A DNA stretch of 62,791 nucleotides, counting the filler, from Phoronis australis (Eukaryota > Animalia > Phoronida), in assembly GCA_002633005.1 (NCBI GenBank). It is 7 parts of 7 records of this genome, joined end to end, with 100 filler letters (N's around TTAATTAATTAA, not from the genome) between each part and the next. Parts side by side here need not be neighbours in the genome. Positions count along the whole stretch, not along the records: positions 28,903 to 45,049 come from NMRA01000251.1; positions 45,150 to 54,942 come from NMRA01000642.1; 5 more parts are not named here. One strand, given 5' to 3'. Of this stretch, positions 38,508 to 51,300 are shown one piece after another (the stretch's first letter is position 1; every line of letters starts with the position of its first letter). The notes below the pieces were generated by a model, which saw only the letters and a list, made by a program, of their open reading frames with translations, was not told where the DNA came from and did not search any database. The position numbers and the translations under genes are program-made.

Positions 38508-41356
38508 GGATGATACAACCTATATCAGGTATAGACCCAATTCACGCGGCGGACATTAAAATCCAAATCGAGGCTCACTGCGATAAACAAAGCGGAAGTT
38601 GACATTGCGTGAGTTAAGTGGGCGGTCTTTCGAGTCCAACCTGGATATTAAATCTAAAAAATGTGTCGATAATTAACCACAGAGACGTAGAAAAAACATT
38701 AGAGAACAAGTCAATGCACCAAAGAGTTGTTTGGCGAAAGGGTATATTTTTTCGGAAAACTAGGTTCGAAACATGAAAAGTAAATATGACCAAACTGCGG
38801 CGATCGTAGTGTTACGGATTAGGTATTAGGCTGAATGTAGGGTTACTTTTCTTCTTGCAAATTATTGATAGAAAAGCTTTCTACACGAACCAGGTAATCT
38901 GCTTGTATTGTTGACGAGTTGAAGATATATTCGACAGTGGTGGCTCATCGCATTTTGCTGTCATGTGCAATTAGCCACACCTGGTTTAATTTGTTGATCA
39001 AGAATATTAACAACAAGCATAGCCTAGGTCCTGGAGAGGTAGGGACTACCGGAATTAACAGTTGATTTTTCATTGATCTGAAGGAATAACTGATGTTATT
39101 AAATATATTTTTTTCAAAATAAAAAACCAGGCTCGTAATTGAAAATAAAAATTATTTGACCATTTACGTTTTAAATTTTGAAAAAAAAATTAACGAGCAT
39201 AGCCCCGCTTTGGCATTATATCTAGGTTCTCATTCACTCCCTTGCACACATTCACAAGTAATTATTTGACCATCAATTCTGCTTTCTTGGTTTTAATAAT
39301 TATTACGTCTATTTTATGTGTTAGGTTTCAAATATCAATCTGGACCAAGCTGAATTTTAAAATTAAAACACCTAACTCGTTCGTCCAAAGCATAACCTCG
39401 TTTTAGAGCTCAATTTCAGTTAACTGGACAGAGCAAGCATAGTTATCATGTTTCTTCCTCGTTCATCCAAGGGAAAGGTGCCTGTGCCTTCTGAGAGAGG
39501 GGAATTTTTGCGCTCAGACTCAGTGGAGCGAAGTGAGGGGAAAAATCTACCTCCCGATCATCATCAAAAGCACCCCCCGGCGCCCTATTGCAAGCTCTCA
39601 TAGGCTCTCTCTCAAGTAGCATTTTGTGCTCTTTCAAATTGTCACTTGTGTGGTTACAGGTGATTTGAACTTCGGAGAGAGCTTTTCTATCCCTATGGGA
39701 ATTTTTAGGCCTCGAGGGGCCGGGGCACTTCGGGGAATTTTTCAATATTTTTGAGAGGGGAATAAGGCTGATATTCGGCCCCAAAATCGAGAGATTGAGG
39801 GCCCTGTCCTTTTTGGAAAGAAAAATGCATCATCAACCCGTAGTCATGAAAACACAGCCTGGCTGGCCGAAGATTGTCCGGTCGTTGCTATGATGCTCGG
39901 CAACCGAGATGCAACAAAATAATATCTAACTTTTCGAAAACATTTAAATTTTACACGGACATGTTTTCCTTGGTCGCGGTGTATGGCAACGACCCAACGC
40001 TTTCAAATCTCAACGTCCTTAGGGATTGTAAAAGAGACAGTTGAGTGTCCGTATTTTTCTACCCCGTCCGAACAACGCGGAATACAACCCTGCGTATGCC
40101 GATAAGCCAACAGAGCTATCGTAGCGAGGCTCGTTTTGGAACGCGCCTCCTGTCGGCGTGAATTGAGTCTATGCAAGAGCGATACCACATGGCCGACGAG
40201 CAGGCGAATTCTTACTGACTGAAATTAACCGGCAGTTAAATATACGTTAAATAAATTTAACTTGTTAAATGCATTCACCGTCATTATTTTGACATTGGTC
40301 ACTTTATTTTGATATCAACCATTAGGGTCTATTTTTCATTACTCATCTCTATTTATAGCCTCAAGGGTCTACATTTCTCTGTTCGACACCTGAATGGTCA
40401 ACCATATTTCCTTTATTCAGTTCAACGTGATCTAGCTCATTCAGCCACCTACCCCATCCCGGGTATTTGTTCACCTTTTTTCTTTTTCTCATATACATTA
40501 CCCGTTAGGTATTTTCAAGTTTTGTGTTTATGTTCTGTACTTTTTCTTTAGGCCCTTCAGGCAGTACTTTTATTTTGGTTCCATCATTAAGGGCTTTTCA
40601 TTGTACACGCCGACTGCGTTTTTTCCATGTCCATCTTGCAGAGTCTTGTTTAGTCCCTTCTATTTACGTCATAATAAATGACATTATTCGCAATCCTCAT
40701 CTTGTTTTACTCTGCAACATAGCTCGTGGCGTACCCCGGGCAAAATAGATTACGATAAATATATAGATATAGACACGTTGACTTAATGTTCATGCAGTGG
40801 AGACGCAACCATCTGATGTAGCCAATGCGCCTCAAATTCCAAACCTCGTTCACTGATTCGGCATGTTAACCACTTTCCTATGTGCTTGCCAAACATATTC
40901 TGGCACGAGTGAAAACAGCAACATGCGTGCCTCAGTAAATTAATTGAAAATGCTGTTCATTTCAGCAGAGGCGCCAATCGCAGAGTGGCAGGCTATGAGA
41001 ACGATCGACGTGTGGCATTTGTAAATCTTTAGTGACAATTACCTACAATTATGTTATCGATGACTGTTCAAGCACGTGTAAGGAAGGGTTGAGCCACATG
41101 TACGTGGCGTGTACCTGCTCCTAGAAAACGTGTTCTAGTATTTATCTTTCGGACCCTCACGCGTGACGCCACCTATTTTCATAATTGATACCAGAATATG
41201 GTAAGCATGCGGGAAGCATGTTCAATTGGTGAGCGAGCTGAGAAATTTGAGCCACCGTACGCTTCACAACAACCCATTGCCTACAATATATCGTTCCGTC
41301 TTTCTTTAATGAATGTGTCTTCACTAAACGAACCTTACGTTTAGTATCGATACCTG

Positions 41357-41576
41357 CAGTGGCAGATCTACGTTTTCAGTAAGGGGGTGGGGTTTAGGAT
41401 TCGAGTGAATCTGAGACGCGTAGCGCCGAGCGGAACTTAGGTTACACGTGTAACATTTTTTTTGTGGTCTTTAGTAGCTGATTTCATTTTTCTGACGAAA
41501 TTTATTTCAGTATTTATGTTTGATCCTGTCCCGAGGGGGGGTAAATCCCCTGAATCCCCCCTGTAGATCCGCCCTG
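41357..41576. mobile_element. 220-bp MITE with family-A-like termini and 5-bp TSD
   Basis: CAGTGGCAGATCTAC...GTAGATCCGCCCTG; ACCTG on both flanks. Confidence 0.85.
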
Positions 41577-42212
41577 ACCTGTACCGATAGACATGTATAT
41601 TAACTGTTCCGTCTGCTCGTCGGCCATATTTGATACCTTCTGGTATCACAGTGTTATGACGAGCGGCAGTTTAAAGCTATCTGTGCGGTTCTGTTTACAA
41701 TTTTTTATCGTAAGGTAGCTTTGTCGTAAACGTTGGTTTCCATTACCACCGTGAGAGGAATAGCAAGAAATAGCATTTGCACCTGCGCCGTGCAAAGACG
41801 AAAACAGACAACGGGAGGTCATTTGTTCAAGCGGGTCGTTGCTTTGAAAGAAAATATTCTGAGTTACTCATATATTTTGCAAACATAAGGATGTAAAGCC
41901 GCAGTAGTGACCGGAGGTTCGACACATCGGTATTTCAAGATTTGACGTACCGTTTCGATCCGTACCAAAAATCTCGGTTTCGTTATGTATCGTGTATTGC
42001 CGCCTCAGCACTTATTTCTAGAAAACTAACAATTATGAAATAAAACAATTTGTTAGTTCGAAAGTTGAATATGTTCATGAGGGTTTTGCATCGCTGCTTC
42101 GCGCTTTATTGGTGCACGTTTAACTATAAGACCAGGAGATAAATTTTCTTGATTTGTGCCAAAAGTGAACTACACGACATAGTCGTGACTCGTTGACGTC
42201 ACAAGCCAGCTG

Positions 42213-42839
42213 GCTATGGAACGCCCCTAGCGTCATCTTCTGACCGGTCTTTTCTGACACGTTACGAGTAATCGAAGCGCGTCAGAATTGACTCGAAATG
42301 TACTTCCCAAGTGTGTCAGGTTACCGACCCATTACTGTGGGACCAATAATAGATATCGCGCTTCTCATCATGTTGGCTGAACTCTTTTGCACTCGCCACG
42401 CGCTTATGCTTTGTTGTTGATATTTATGTCATTATTTAGTTCGTGCTCATGTTTTGTGAAAGGAATTCCTGGAATGCACCATCAAAACAAATGGTCGTCG
42501 ACGTACCCATCATCTTTATTAGTACACTTTGATCGTACAAATTTCTTGAAGCCATCCCATGCACACTTACGGGAAACTTCCGTGTTCTGTAACTTCTGTA
42601 TTTGTCTCCTGAAACACTAAGTCGATATATGATTAACAGCCTTTGTACTTGTCATTCACGTCAAAACAGGACGATCTCATTGGTTTAGTCAACACGCTGT
42701 TTAACCTTAACACTGATTGGCTCTTTTAAGAACATCCACACGAGTTCGACAACATCATTCACGCGTCAGTGTGTCAAAAATGACTCGTCACGTGTCAGAA
42801 AAGACCCGTAACAAGGTGACGCTAGTGGCGTTCCATAGC
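42213..42839. mobile_element. MITE with about 60-bp TIRs
   Basis: GCTATGGAACGCCCCTAGCGTCATCTT..GGTCTTTTCTGACACGT pairs with ACGTGTCAGAAAAGACC..AAGGTGACGCTAGTGGCGTTCCATAGC. Confidence 0.82.
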
Positions 42840-43628
42840 TGTCACCTAATTCGCCTGCCGTGGGTCTTGTAGTGTCGACAAGTAAAAGAATTGAACGCGT
42901 TGAAGAATTCGAGCTGAATTAATGTAAAACACATCGTTTCTGATGGTATGCTTCTTTAAGACAAGAGTGTGAGGGTTGACAGAATGTTGAAGTGGGTGAA
43001 AAATGCGATGTTGGCAGGTGCTTTGACAAAAAGACAACCTCGTGGCATCAAACAGCATACAGCAGGACATTGGCACAGGACATTGTTACTGAATACTGGC
43101 CTGTTGTACAAAGGTCTGTCGCAGTTTGAGGGTCGCGGCAGCTTGTGGAATGCCACCAACCACGCTTTCAAGGAAAATATCTATATTCGACAGCACGGGA
43201 GTGAAGGCAGCGTACAGTTTATTTTAATATTTCGACATTCCAGACCATATACACAGATATCAAATAGCTACAAATGAACAACTGCAAAAAGAAAAAATAT
43301 GTCGTATTGTGTGTGTTCATCCAGCTTGACTTGGGCAATGTCCATGTCGTTTGTATGTGTCAATATATTGTGAAGACACGAGCTGTCAAAGAAGGAGCCC
43401 TGAAAGTGATTATTGAATTGTACACAAACCAATGTGTGGATGTGTATATATCTTCATATTTGTTTTTTTTTTCGTAATTCCGCAAAATTTGGGAGACTTG
43501 CATGAACGGGCCTTAAATTAGCTTTTAAACTTTGTGCGAAACTTTAGGCATTTCTGCGACATAACTGACGAATAACCGTACCTAGATCCTGCAAACATCG
43601 ACCTAACTGAAACCGCGCCGTCTTTCAG

Positions 43629-44847
43629 GTGTCTCGGCAAACGGAATTCCCGGGCGGTGAGCCGTGTGGTACGAATATTAGTTAAAGAGTGGCCGCAATA
43701 CGTCAATAAAAATCCCAGGTTCCGCTCGGTTTCCAGCAACCCGAACAACGTCACCCTCTTTCAGAAATCAGAAGATAGGAGGCAAGTAATCATGAAATGC
43801 GTTACAAACGCAAACTACTCATGTAGCGCCAGGTGGACGATGAAGAGTGGTAATAAAACGGTTGAGCTTCAACATTCCTCGTTACAGTACACTCTCGCCG
43901 ACGAGAGAAATCAATATGATAAACTGCACCAGAATGCAAAAATGACGCTGAAAAGCTTTGGTCCATCAAAATCGATCACGTTAAGTTGCGTTCCTATCTT
44001 CGAGAATGACGACGTTGTCGAATTCATGAGGTTCCTAACGTTCAACATCAAGCTTTACGATTCTCTGGTAGTCGAATCGAATCCCCGGGTTCTGTACAAT
44101 TGGGTCGGCCACAAGCGCAACATCACTTGCTCCTACACTGGGGATGCAACGTCTGTCACTTGGAAAAAAGGAAACGAATTGTTACCGAAAAAAGATATCT
44201 ATGGGTTCTACAACGTCGAGCAAAAGTACATACTGGAAGTCCACTCAAAGAAAGAGAATAACAAAAATGAATATGGCACATATACCTGTAACGTAACCAG
44301 TCCGGTGTACGCAGATTCCCACTCCATTAGGCTCGTGCGCATGGACAAGCCTCAGCCACCAAAAGTGAAGCACATTTTAAAAGAGGGTTTCGTGGACTTC
44401 TCTGTTGGTAACGCGTACGTTACTCCGAATCTGATGGCCAACGAGGTCCTTATGATCTGGGAAGCGGGAGGTGTGATGGTAGAGTCTACGATCTTTAGCA
44501 TGGATGGCATGCCAGTTAGGGCGGAGAATATCAACCCAGAGATTTGGAACAGGTTCGTTTTCATTCCGCAAAACGGCTACCACCAAGGCGAAAGTGCAGT
44601 TTACAACATTGGCGCTCCTGAAGAGGGTGAGGATTCGTCGGACACAGCCAACTCACTAGGACCGGGCGCCACTGTCGCCATAGCCTTATTGGTCTGCCTG
44701 ATAGCCCTGGCTGTTGTGGATCTCGTACTGTACAAAACACAGAAAATTGGAGCCTTCAACGCAATGAAGGAACGCTACACTGCATGTCAAGAGAAGGAAA
44801 GCGGTGACACCCAGTCTAGCAGCGATACTAGTAGCTCAACGATTTGA
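43629..44847 (+). CDS. Type I membrane Ig-superfamily protein (NCAM/Fasciclin-2-like): end of one Ig domain, two Ig domains, FN3-like region, TM, short tail; 5' end incomplete
   Basis: About 400 uninterrupted codons with C..W..YxC patterns (ITCSYTG..VTWKKG..EYGTYTCNVT), TM LGPGATVAIALLVCLIALAVVDLVLY resembling the NCAM/Fas2 TM with VVD, and several NxS/T sequons. No signal peptide; candidate branch point and acceptor CCTAAC..TTTCAG ending at 43628. Confidence 0.8.
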
Positions 44848-45049
44848 CAAGTTTGGAAACCTGGCGTAGCGAATCACCTACATTGCTTTTTAAGCGCTAA
44901 GCGTGGCTGAACTTGATTCACTCACTCTAATGGTTTTAAGAGGCATTATCTGAGAAAGCCTGCAAAATTGCAGAATGTTGGCGGAGGCACTTTCATCAAT
45001 TAAGTTGATACTTTGCACACCAATTTGTACTCACATATGAATAACTAAA

Positions 45050-45149
45050 NNNNNNNNNNNNNNNNNNNNNNNNNNNNNNNNNNNNNNNNNNNNTTAATTA
45101 ATTAANNNNNNNNNNNNNNNNNNNNNNNNNNNNNNNNNNNNNNNNNNNN
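45050..45149. other. Artificial contig linker
   Basis: N44-TTAATTAATTAA-N44. Confidence 0.98.
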
Positions 45150-45322
45150 CACCCATCACACTCATCTGGTGCACAATCTATACACACTCAACACACTCAT
45201 CTGGTGCACAATCTATACACACCCATCACAGTCATCTGGTGCACAATATATACACACCCACCACACTCATCTGGTGCACAATCTATACACACCCACCTCA
45301 CTCATCTGGTGCACAACCTATA
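45150..45322. repeat. About 35-bp intronic minisatellite x5
   Basis: ACACCCATCACACTCATCTGGTGCACAATCTATAC repeated. Confidence 0.92.
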
Positions 45323-45345
45323 ATACAACAAAGCACACAACTTAC

Positions 45346-48300
45346 CTCAAATGCTGCTTCCACCCACTTCTCCTTGGGCAGGTCCAGAAACGTCGTTAAG
45401 TTCTTCTCTTCTCGGGAAATCATGCGAGTGCTGCGACAGGAAAGACATCATTGATAGATTTAATGACATATTTAAAGGGATAGTAACATTCTCATTGTCA
45501 GACACTACACCCCAATCATTACAGTCCACTCCATAACAAGTCAAATCCAAACCACCTGTACCTCAGACACTGGGCACGCATAGAACGTGCAACTTCTTAA
45601 AGATCCCCTATGCTTTATATTCACCAATTTAGAACACAGCGTGAATTTCGTCAGTCGAAAGATATGAGTGAAATATCAACAAGTTTTAACTTTCAGCTCT
45701 GTGTTTGCCTTATTCATCCATTAATTTTTGATTTTTTCCTAAAGTGCAGGCGGGGTTTGTAAGGCCTCATTACATATGGCAACAGTTGAGTGATTACCCA
45801 GAAAGCATGAGTAAGCTGTTACTCACTAAGGCGGACATTTTAAGTGACGGTGGACTACAATAATTAAAAAATTAACTAAAAATTGATAGTAAATTGAAAA
45901 CATCTGGAGTTGCATTGAATGAGCATTACTTAGGCTGAAGTTTCGACTGCACTAACTAATTGAGTTAAAATCCCTATTCTGAAGTTTAATAACTGAAACG
46001 AAGCGGAACGTGTATCTTTAAAAAGATAAACTTTGTGGTAAAGGTACAATATAAACAATTCCGGTCACATTTTAGTTGTAAAAAGTCCGGGAACACCTCT
46101 TTCCAATACTGAGATTAGTGACTTTTGGCAACGGTAAAAATACGAAACAATTGAATTTTCAACTTTCAAATTGTGCTGAATTGTAACGCTCACGTATTTA
46201 AGACATAGAGAGCTACGTGGATCATGTGTGGCAACAAGTGCATGTTGCTATGGCGACCACCTCCGCCGCTGTCCTCGCTGAAGGAGCGCTCAAATGCAAA
46301 GCGCAGTAGCAGTAGCTTGATGTCATGTACCGTCAGACTGTAACTGGTGTCGCGCACACCCGTACACTCCTGCAGGTATGTGTTGTGTCTGTAACAATAT
46401 AAGGTATCATCAAGTAGAATTAATTATTATAAATTATAATATAATTACCATTAAATTACAATAAAACCTCAAAAAGAATTTTGATTCCTAAAGGAAGAGC
46501 TGACAGTTCGCGTGGTCCCCTTGGTCATTTCAGTCTTTAAGAACACTGACCGACACTTCCTTTCAAACCCAAAGATCCAGGCTTACAGTACCTTAATGTC
46601 ACCTTGCAATAATTTTGACATGAAGTGCGTCCCTCGTTGTTCAGAGCACTGTTTGGTGTCTGACACGAACTGGTAATTCTGGTAGGCTGAGCAGTTTCAA
46701 ACCTGTTAATCTCAGTTTGGAGAAGTACCAAGAAAGCAAGTGGAATTTTAATGTCATCATTATGCTATGTCTCACCTAGCTAGACAGTTGGCGAAGGCTG
46801 ATTCAGGCACATCGAGGCCCCAGAGGGGTAAGAGACCATTACATTTGGTGTTGGCATTCTGGAGGGCAGCACTCTGCCACTCATCTCGACCCCCACGAGC
46901 CAGTCTGAAAAGGAACAAAGTGTTCAGCTGAATACATTTAGAATTTGTTGTAGTTTGATGGCCAGAACTTTTACATCAATATGACGAGAGTGGATAAGGG
47001 CACTCAATTGTTGGCAATGAAATATCACTAGCTCACAACACACTTTGCGTCTTACTCACCTCACAACAGGCACGTGAAAATCAACATGGACAAGGTTGAA
47101 GTGTGAGACCGTGGAGACACCCTGTGTCTTACTCACCTAACTGCAGCCATGTGACAATCGACGTGGATAAGGTTGAAGTGAGAGACTGTGGAACAACCCT
47201 GCGTCTTGCGTGACTTGTTCTCATACTCCTCCAGGGCTGCACGCTTGGTGAACGTGTAGACAGCAAGCACCAGTGAATAAGGGTGTAACATACAGAACAG
47301 TAAAGTACAGTCTACACTTGGTGAACGTGTAGACAGCAAGCACCAGTGAATAAGGGTGTAACATACAGAACAGTAAAGTACAGTCTACACTTGGTGAACG
47401 TGTAGACAGCAAGCACCAGTGAATAAGGGTGTAACATACAGAACAGTAAAGTACAGTCTACACTTGGTGAACGTGTAGACAGGAAGGACTAATTTTGTAA
47501 ATAGGGAATAACGCATACAGATTCAGTAGTCTAAACTTTGTCAGTGGAAGTATATTTGTGTTGTAGCAGGTAGGTTGAGCCATGCTCACCAACAACACTG
47601 CTAGATAAATAACAATTATACCAACTTGTACACAATCATCCAGTCATTCACTAATCTCAAAGGCACTGAACATGGGAACTCATCTGACACAGCCTTTGGG
47701 CGCACCCCACGTGACCACATTTGGTCAATCGGTGGGTCCTGGTCCATCAACCCCTACCTTTGACGGCGAATAGCACTAAAAATTGGAAGTCATCTCATAC
47801 TGGTTTTGAGCGCACCCCACATGACCAAATTTGGTCAAAAAGGCGTGGCCATGTTGCCCAACTCTTACCTTGGTTGGCTGATAACGGTAGCCCTCTCTAC
47901 AGATACAGCAGGTCAGACCAGTCTCTTCCTTAAGTTCATCAATGTCCTTCATCACAGCACTGTCCACAGTCACCTGACCTTGTTCATTAGTCTGAAGAAT
48001 TACACGCAGTTCAATACAAAGCAACACGGACACAAAGATGACGATTTAACATAACCAAACCCCTGCTGCCCTCTGTGGATGCACCCAGTCACTTACTGAA
48101 TAGTATAGTAGTCAATAAAACTGAGACTTGCATTCACATCGACTTGAACGTTAGAGATAGCTATGTCATTTGAGTCATTGTGTTCCGGTAGACACAGGGT
48201 GAAATGATAATATCTAGCCTAGCCTGAGCCCTTCAACTTGATAAGAGCCCAGGATGGTTGGTTAATGGGATATAGTAGCAGTTCTGTCATCATTTAGAAT

Positions 48301-51300
48301 CTTTAATAGTGAAATAAATCTGTTGTTTCCCTTTACAGCCACTTTGTTAGCACTCCATCAGCTAAATCATAGTGTTCAAATTCTTACAGGAATGAACTGA
48401 TTATTAAGTCATTGGGTTTCGCCTGAGCCATTCAATTTGATAACATACCCAGAAAGTTGGTGAATGCAGGGATAGCAGTTCTGCAATGTGCTGCCACCTT
48501 TTAGTCAGAGTAAACATTATTGTTAAAGAACAATGTAGACAAACTCAGCGTATATACAAAAAATACAGTGACCAACACGGACAATTTGACTCTAAAGCTG
48601 GTTTCACAGCAACAAGCAAATTTTGATGGACACCTGTGAAGCCAGCTTACTATTAAAGAACACAAATGCACTTCAATGCTGTCTAAATGTGATCAAAATC
48701 ATGAATCCTTTTGACCTTGGACGTTTCCTGAAACTCTGCGCACTACGACACTGACTGAAGGTCTGGACACAGTAACCTAGAATTAATCTTTAATTGAAGG
48801 CTGACAACAGTTCTATTTCAAAGCTAAAGTTCTGTCACAGTGGTATGTAATTTTGACACGAAGTGCGTCAAAGAGTCTTCAAGAAATCCGATACACAACA
48901 TGATAAATGTATCCCAATGGTTCTGATGTCATACTAACCTTCATTCCCAGCGAATCAAGTTGCTTCTTTCTCATCGCCATAGCGAGACGCTTCTTCTCTG
49001 CTTTAGTCTGTTGACGCACTTCTTCAATCTGAATAACAATGGCGTCTTAATAACAGCTACCACTATTGCTGTTTAGTGTTACTACTGCATGGCAGGGGGC
49101 AACACTGTGACATGCATTGAAAGTTATAGGAAAGCGTCCTTTCAGTTAATATGTGAGTCTCGGCAATAATCAGTTATAACATCCTCATATTTTGAGAACC
49201 AGTTTGGTGCCCATTATTCAGTGGAAAAATCTAATCAAAATTAGGACAAGTTATGTCCGACCATTATGGTTACCCAAGTCTCGCCACGTAAATGAACTGG
49301 TTCTGTCACCCTGTACAGGTTGTCACTGGTCTTATGAATTGTCTTTGATGTTCTGTTGCTAGGACATGTGTTGACAGCTCTACTGCACACTGCGTGGGTC
49401 AATATTGTTAGATGGATTTGACCGTTTGTCCTGATGATGTTTGAGATATCAAAATATGTTGAAGTTGAAAAATCTCATTGTTTTAATTTATCAATACCCC
49501 ACCTAGTGGTAATCAGTACTAAAGAAGATGGCAGCCAGCCAACAGTCATCGGAAATTTTTAGAGGTAATTCTCATTTTTTTAATGTACAGGTAGTAAGAA
49601 ATACTATCTCTGCATGTCGCCCTCTACAGGCTGTCACTCGTTTTATGGATTGTCTTTGATGTTCTGTTGCTAGGATGCATGTTGAAAGCTCTACTGTGGG
49701 TCAATATTGTTAGATGGCTTTGACTGTTTGTCCTGATGATGTTTGAGACATAACAACATGTTGAAGTTGAAAAATGTCATTGTTTTAATTTATCACTTAG
49801 TGGTAATCAGCACTAAGGAAAATGACAGTTAGTCAAAAGCTATGGGTAGTAAGAAACTGACTATGATATGTACTTAACATCCTGACGGGTAGCAAGAAAC
49901 TGACTATGATTTGTACATCAATTCCTGATGGATAATAAGAAACTGACTATGATAAGTACATATCGTAATGGCTAGTAAGAAACTGACTACAATATGAACA
50001 CATCGTGATGCAGTTATTTACCCAGTGTTTGTGGGCATTCTAATTTTAACTCAAAATTAGTTAATCCACATGAGGAAGCAATTTTTTTTCTTTGGTATTT
50101 TTAATAATTATGGAATTGGTGTTTTAAGCACTTTAACACGATACCAACTAAAATACAACATGGTTTAAGTTATGTAATACAACAAAATCCAAAGTTAATG
50201 CCAATCAAAGTTCAAAATGTAGAACACACCTGCTCAGCCACAGCTCTGTTCTGTAAAGGGTGAACCAAAATATAGCTGTGTGCATGTAACAACCCTGTGG
50301 CAAACCACTAACTTTTAACTCTAAGAAGCACCCAAACGGCCAAACACATCGCTTTACAGGTGCACAACTTGGCAGCACAACGCAAGTGTTCAATAGCACC
50401 GGTATCATTTCACGATGTCAACATCTTTTAACCAATTAAAAACAAGAAAGACATCAATAATCAACATTTTACCTCCCAAAATTGACACACTGTCGGCCAC
50501 TGTGCAATCTGAACCTTCAACTGATATGACCGGCATAGTGCACGAATGGAGACACCATGCGCTTGCCATGCAAGGCAACACTTCTCAAAGTCTCGCATGA
50601 TCTCACCAAACTGTGAAGACACTAGCCCGTCCGACTGTACTCACCTTGGCTGCCACCTGGCTGTTCTGTTTCAGTGCCTCCATCAAGTTCTCGGCCAAAG
50701 TGCCCACCTGCTCATCTGATGAGATTTGCTCCAGTTTATGAAGCACGGCGATCAAGTCAGCACCAACTACCACCTGTGGAAATAAAGAATGAATCTATCA
50801 GGTGAGACACCATCAATTTTAAGAACTTACTCAAAGACAACTTTTTTAAAATTGATGAGTTATGGCTGAAACTATTGTAACAATTGAAAAAAACCTTAGA
50901 AGGAATTTGGTATGGAATTGGTCTGCACCACCATGAATACAAAATGCCATTTTCTCTTCTAGTTAGCTACATCAACAACAGATGGTGCAATCTCTTCTAG
51001 TTAGCTGAACCAACCATGGAGGTCAGTCAGTTCTAGACTGCTTCATCAAGAGTAGATAACACCGTGTAATGGTGCAGACAGCACAAGACAGAAGTGTTCC
51101 CATCCTACCTGGCTGGTCACATGACCCTTGCACATGCCAGTCATCACACGCAGTGCATATTTCAGCGAGGGTTTGGCAATAAAGTCTTTCCAGTCTTCAT
51201 AATCCGTTCTGGAATGAAGAAAAATTTAGCAATGGTAGAATATTGAACACCCAATCATGAAAACCATTACCATAGTAACTCACTTCCATCACAAACACTT

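Noticed and set aside
32962-43754. Similar minus-strand ORFs at 32962-33237 and 43518-43754
   Set aside because: Antisense shadows of the duplicated plus-strand Ig genes.
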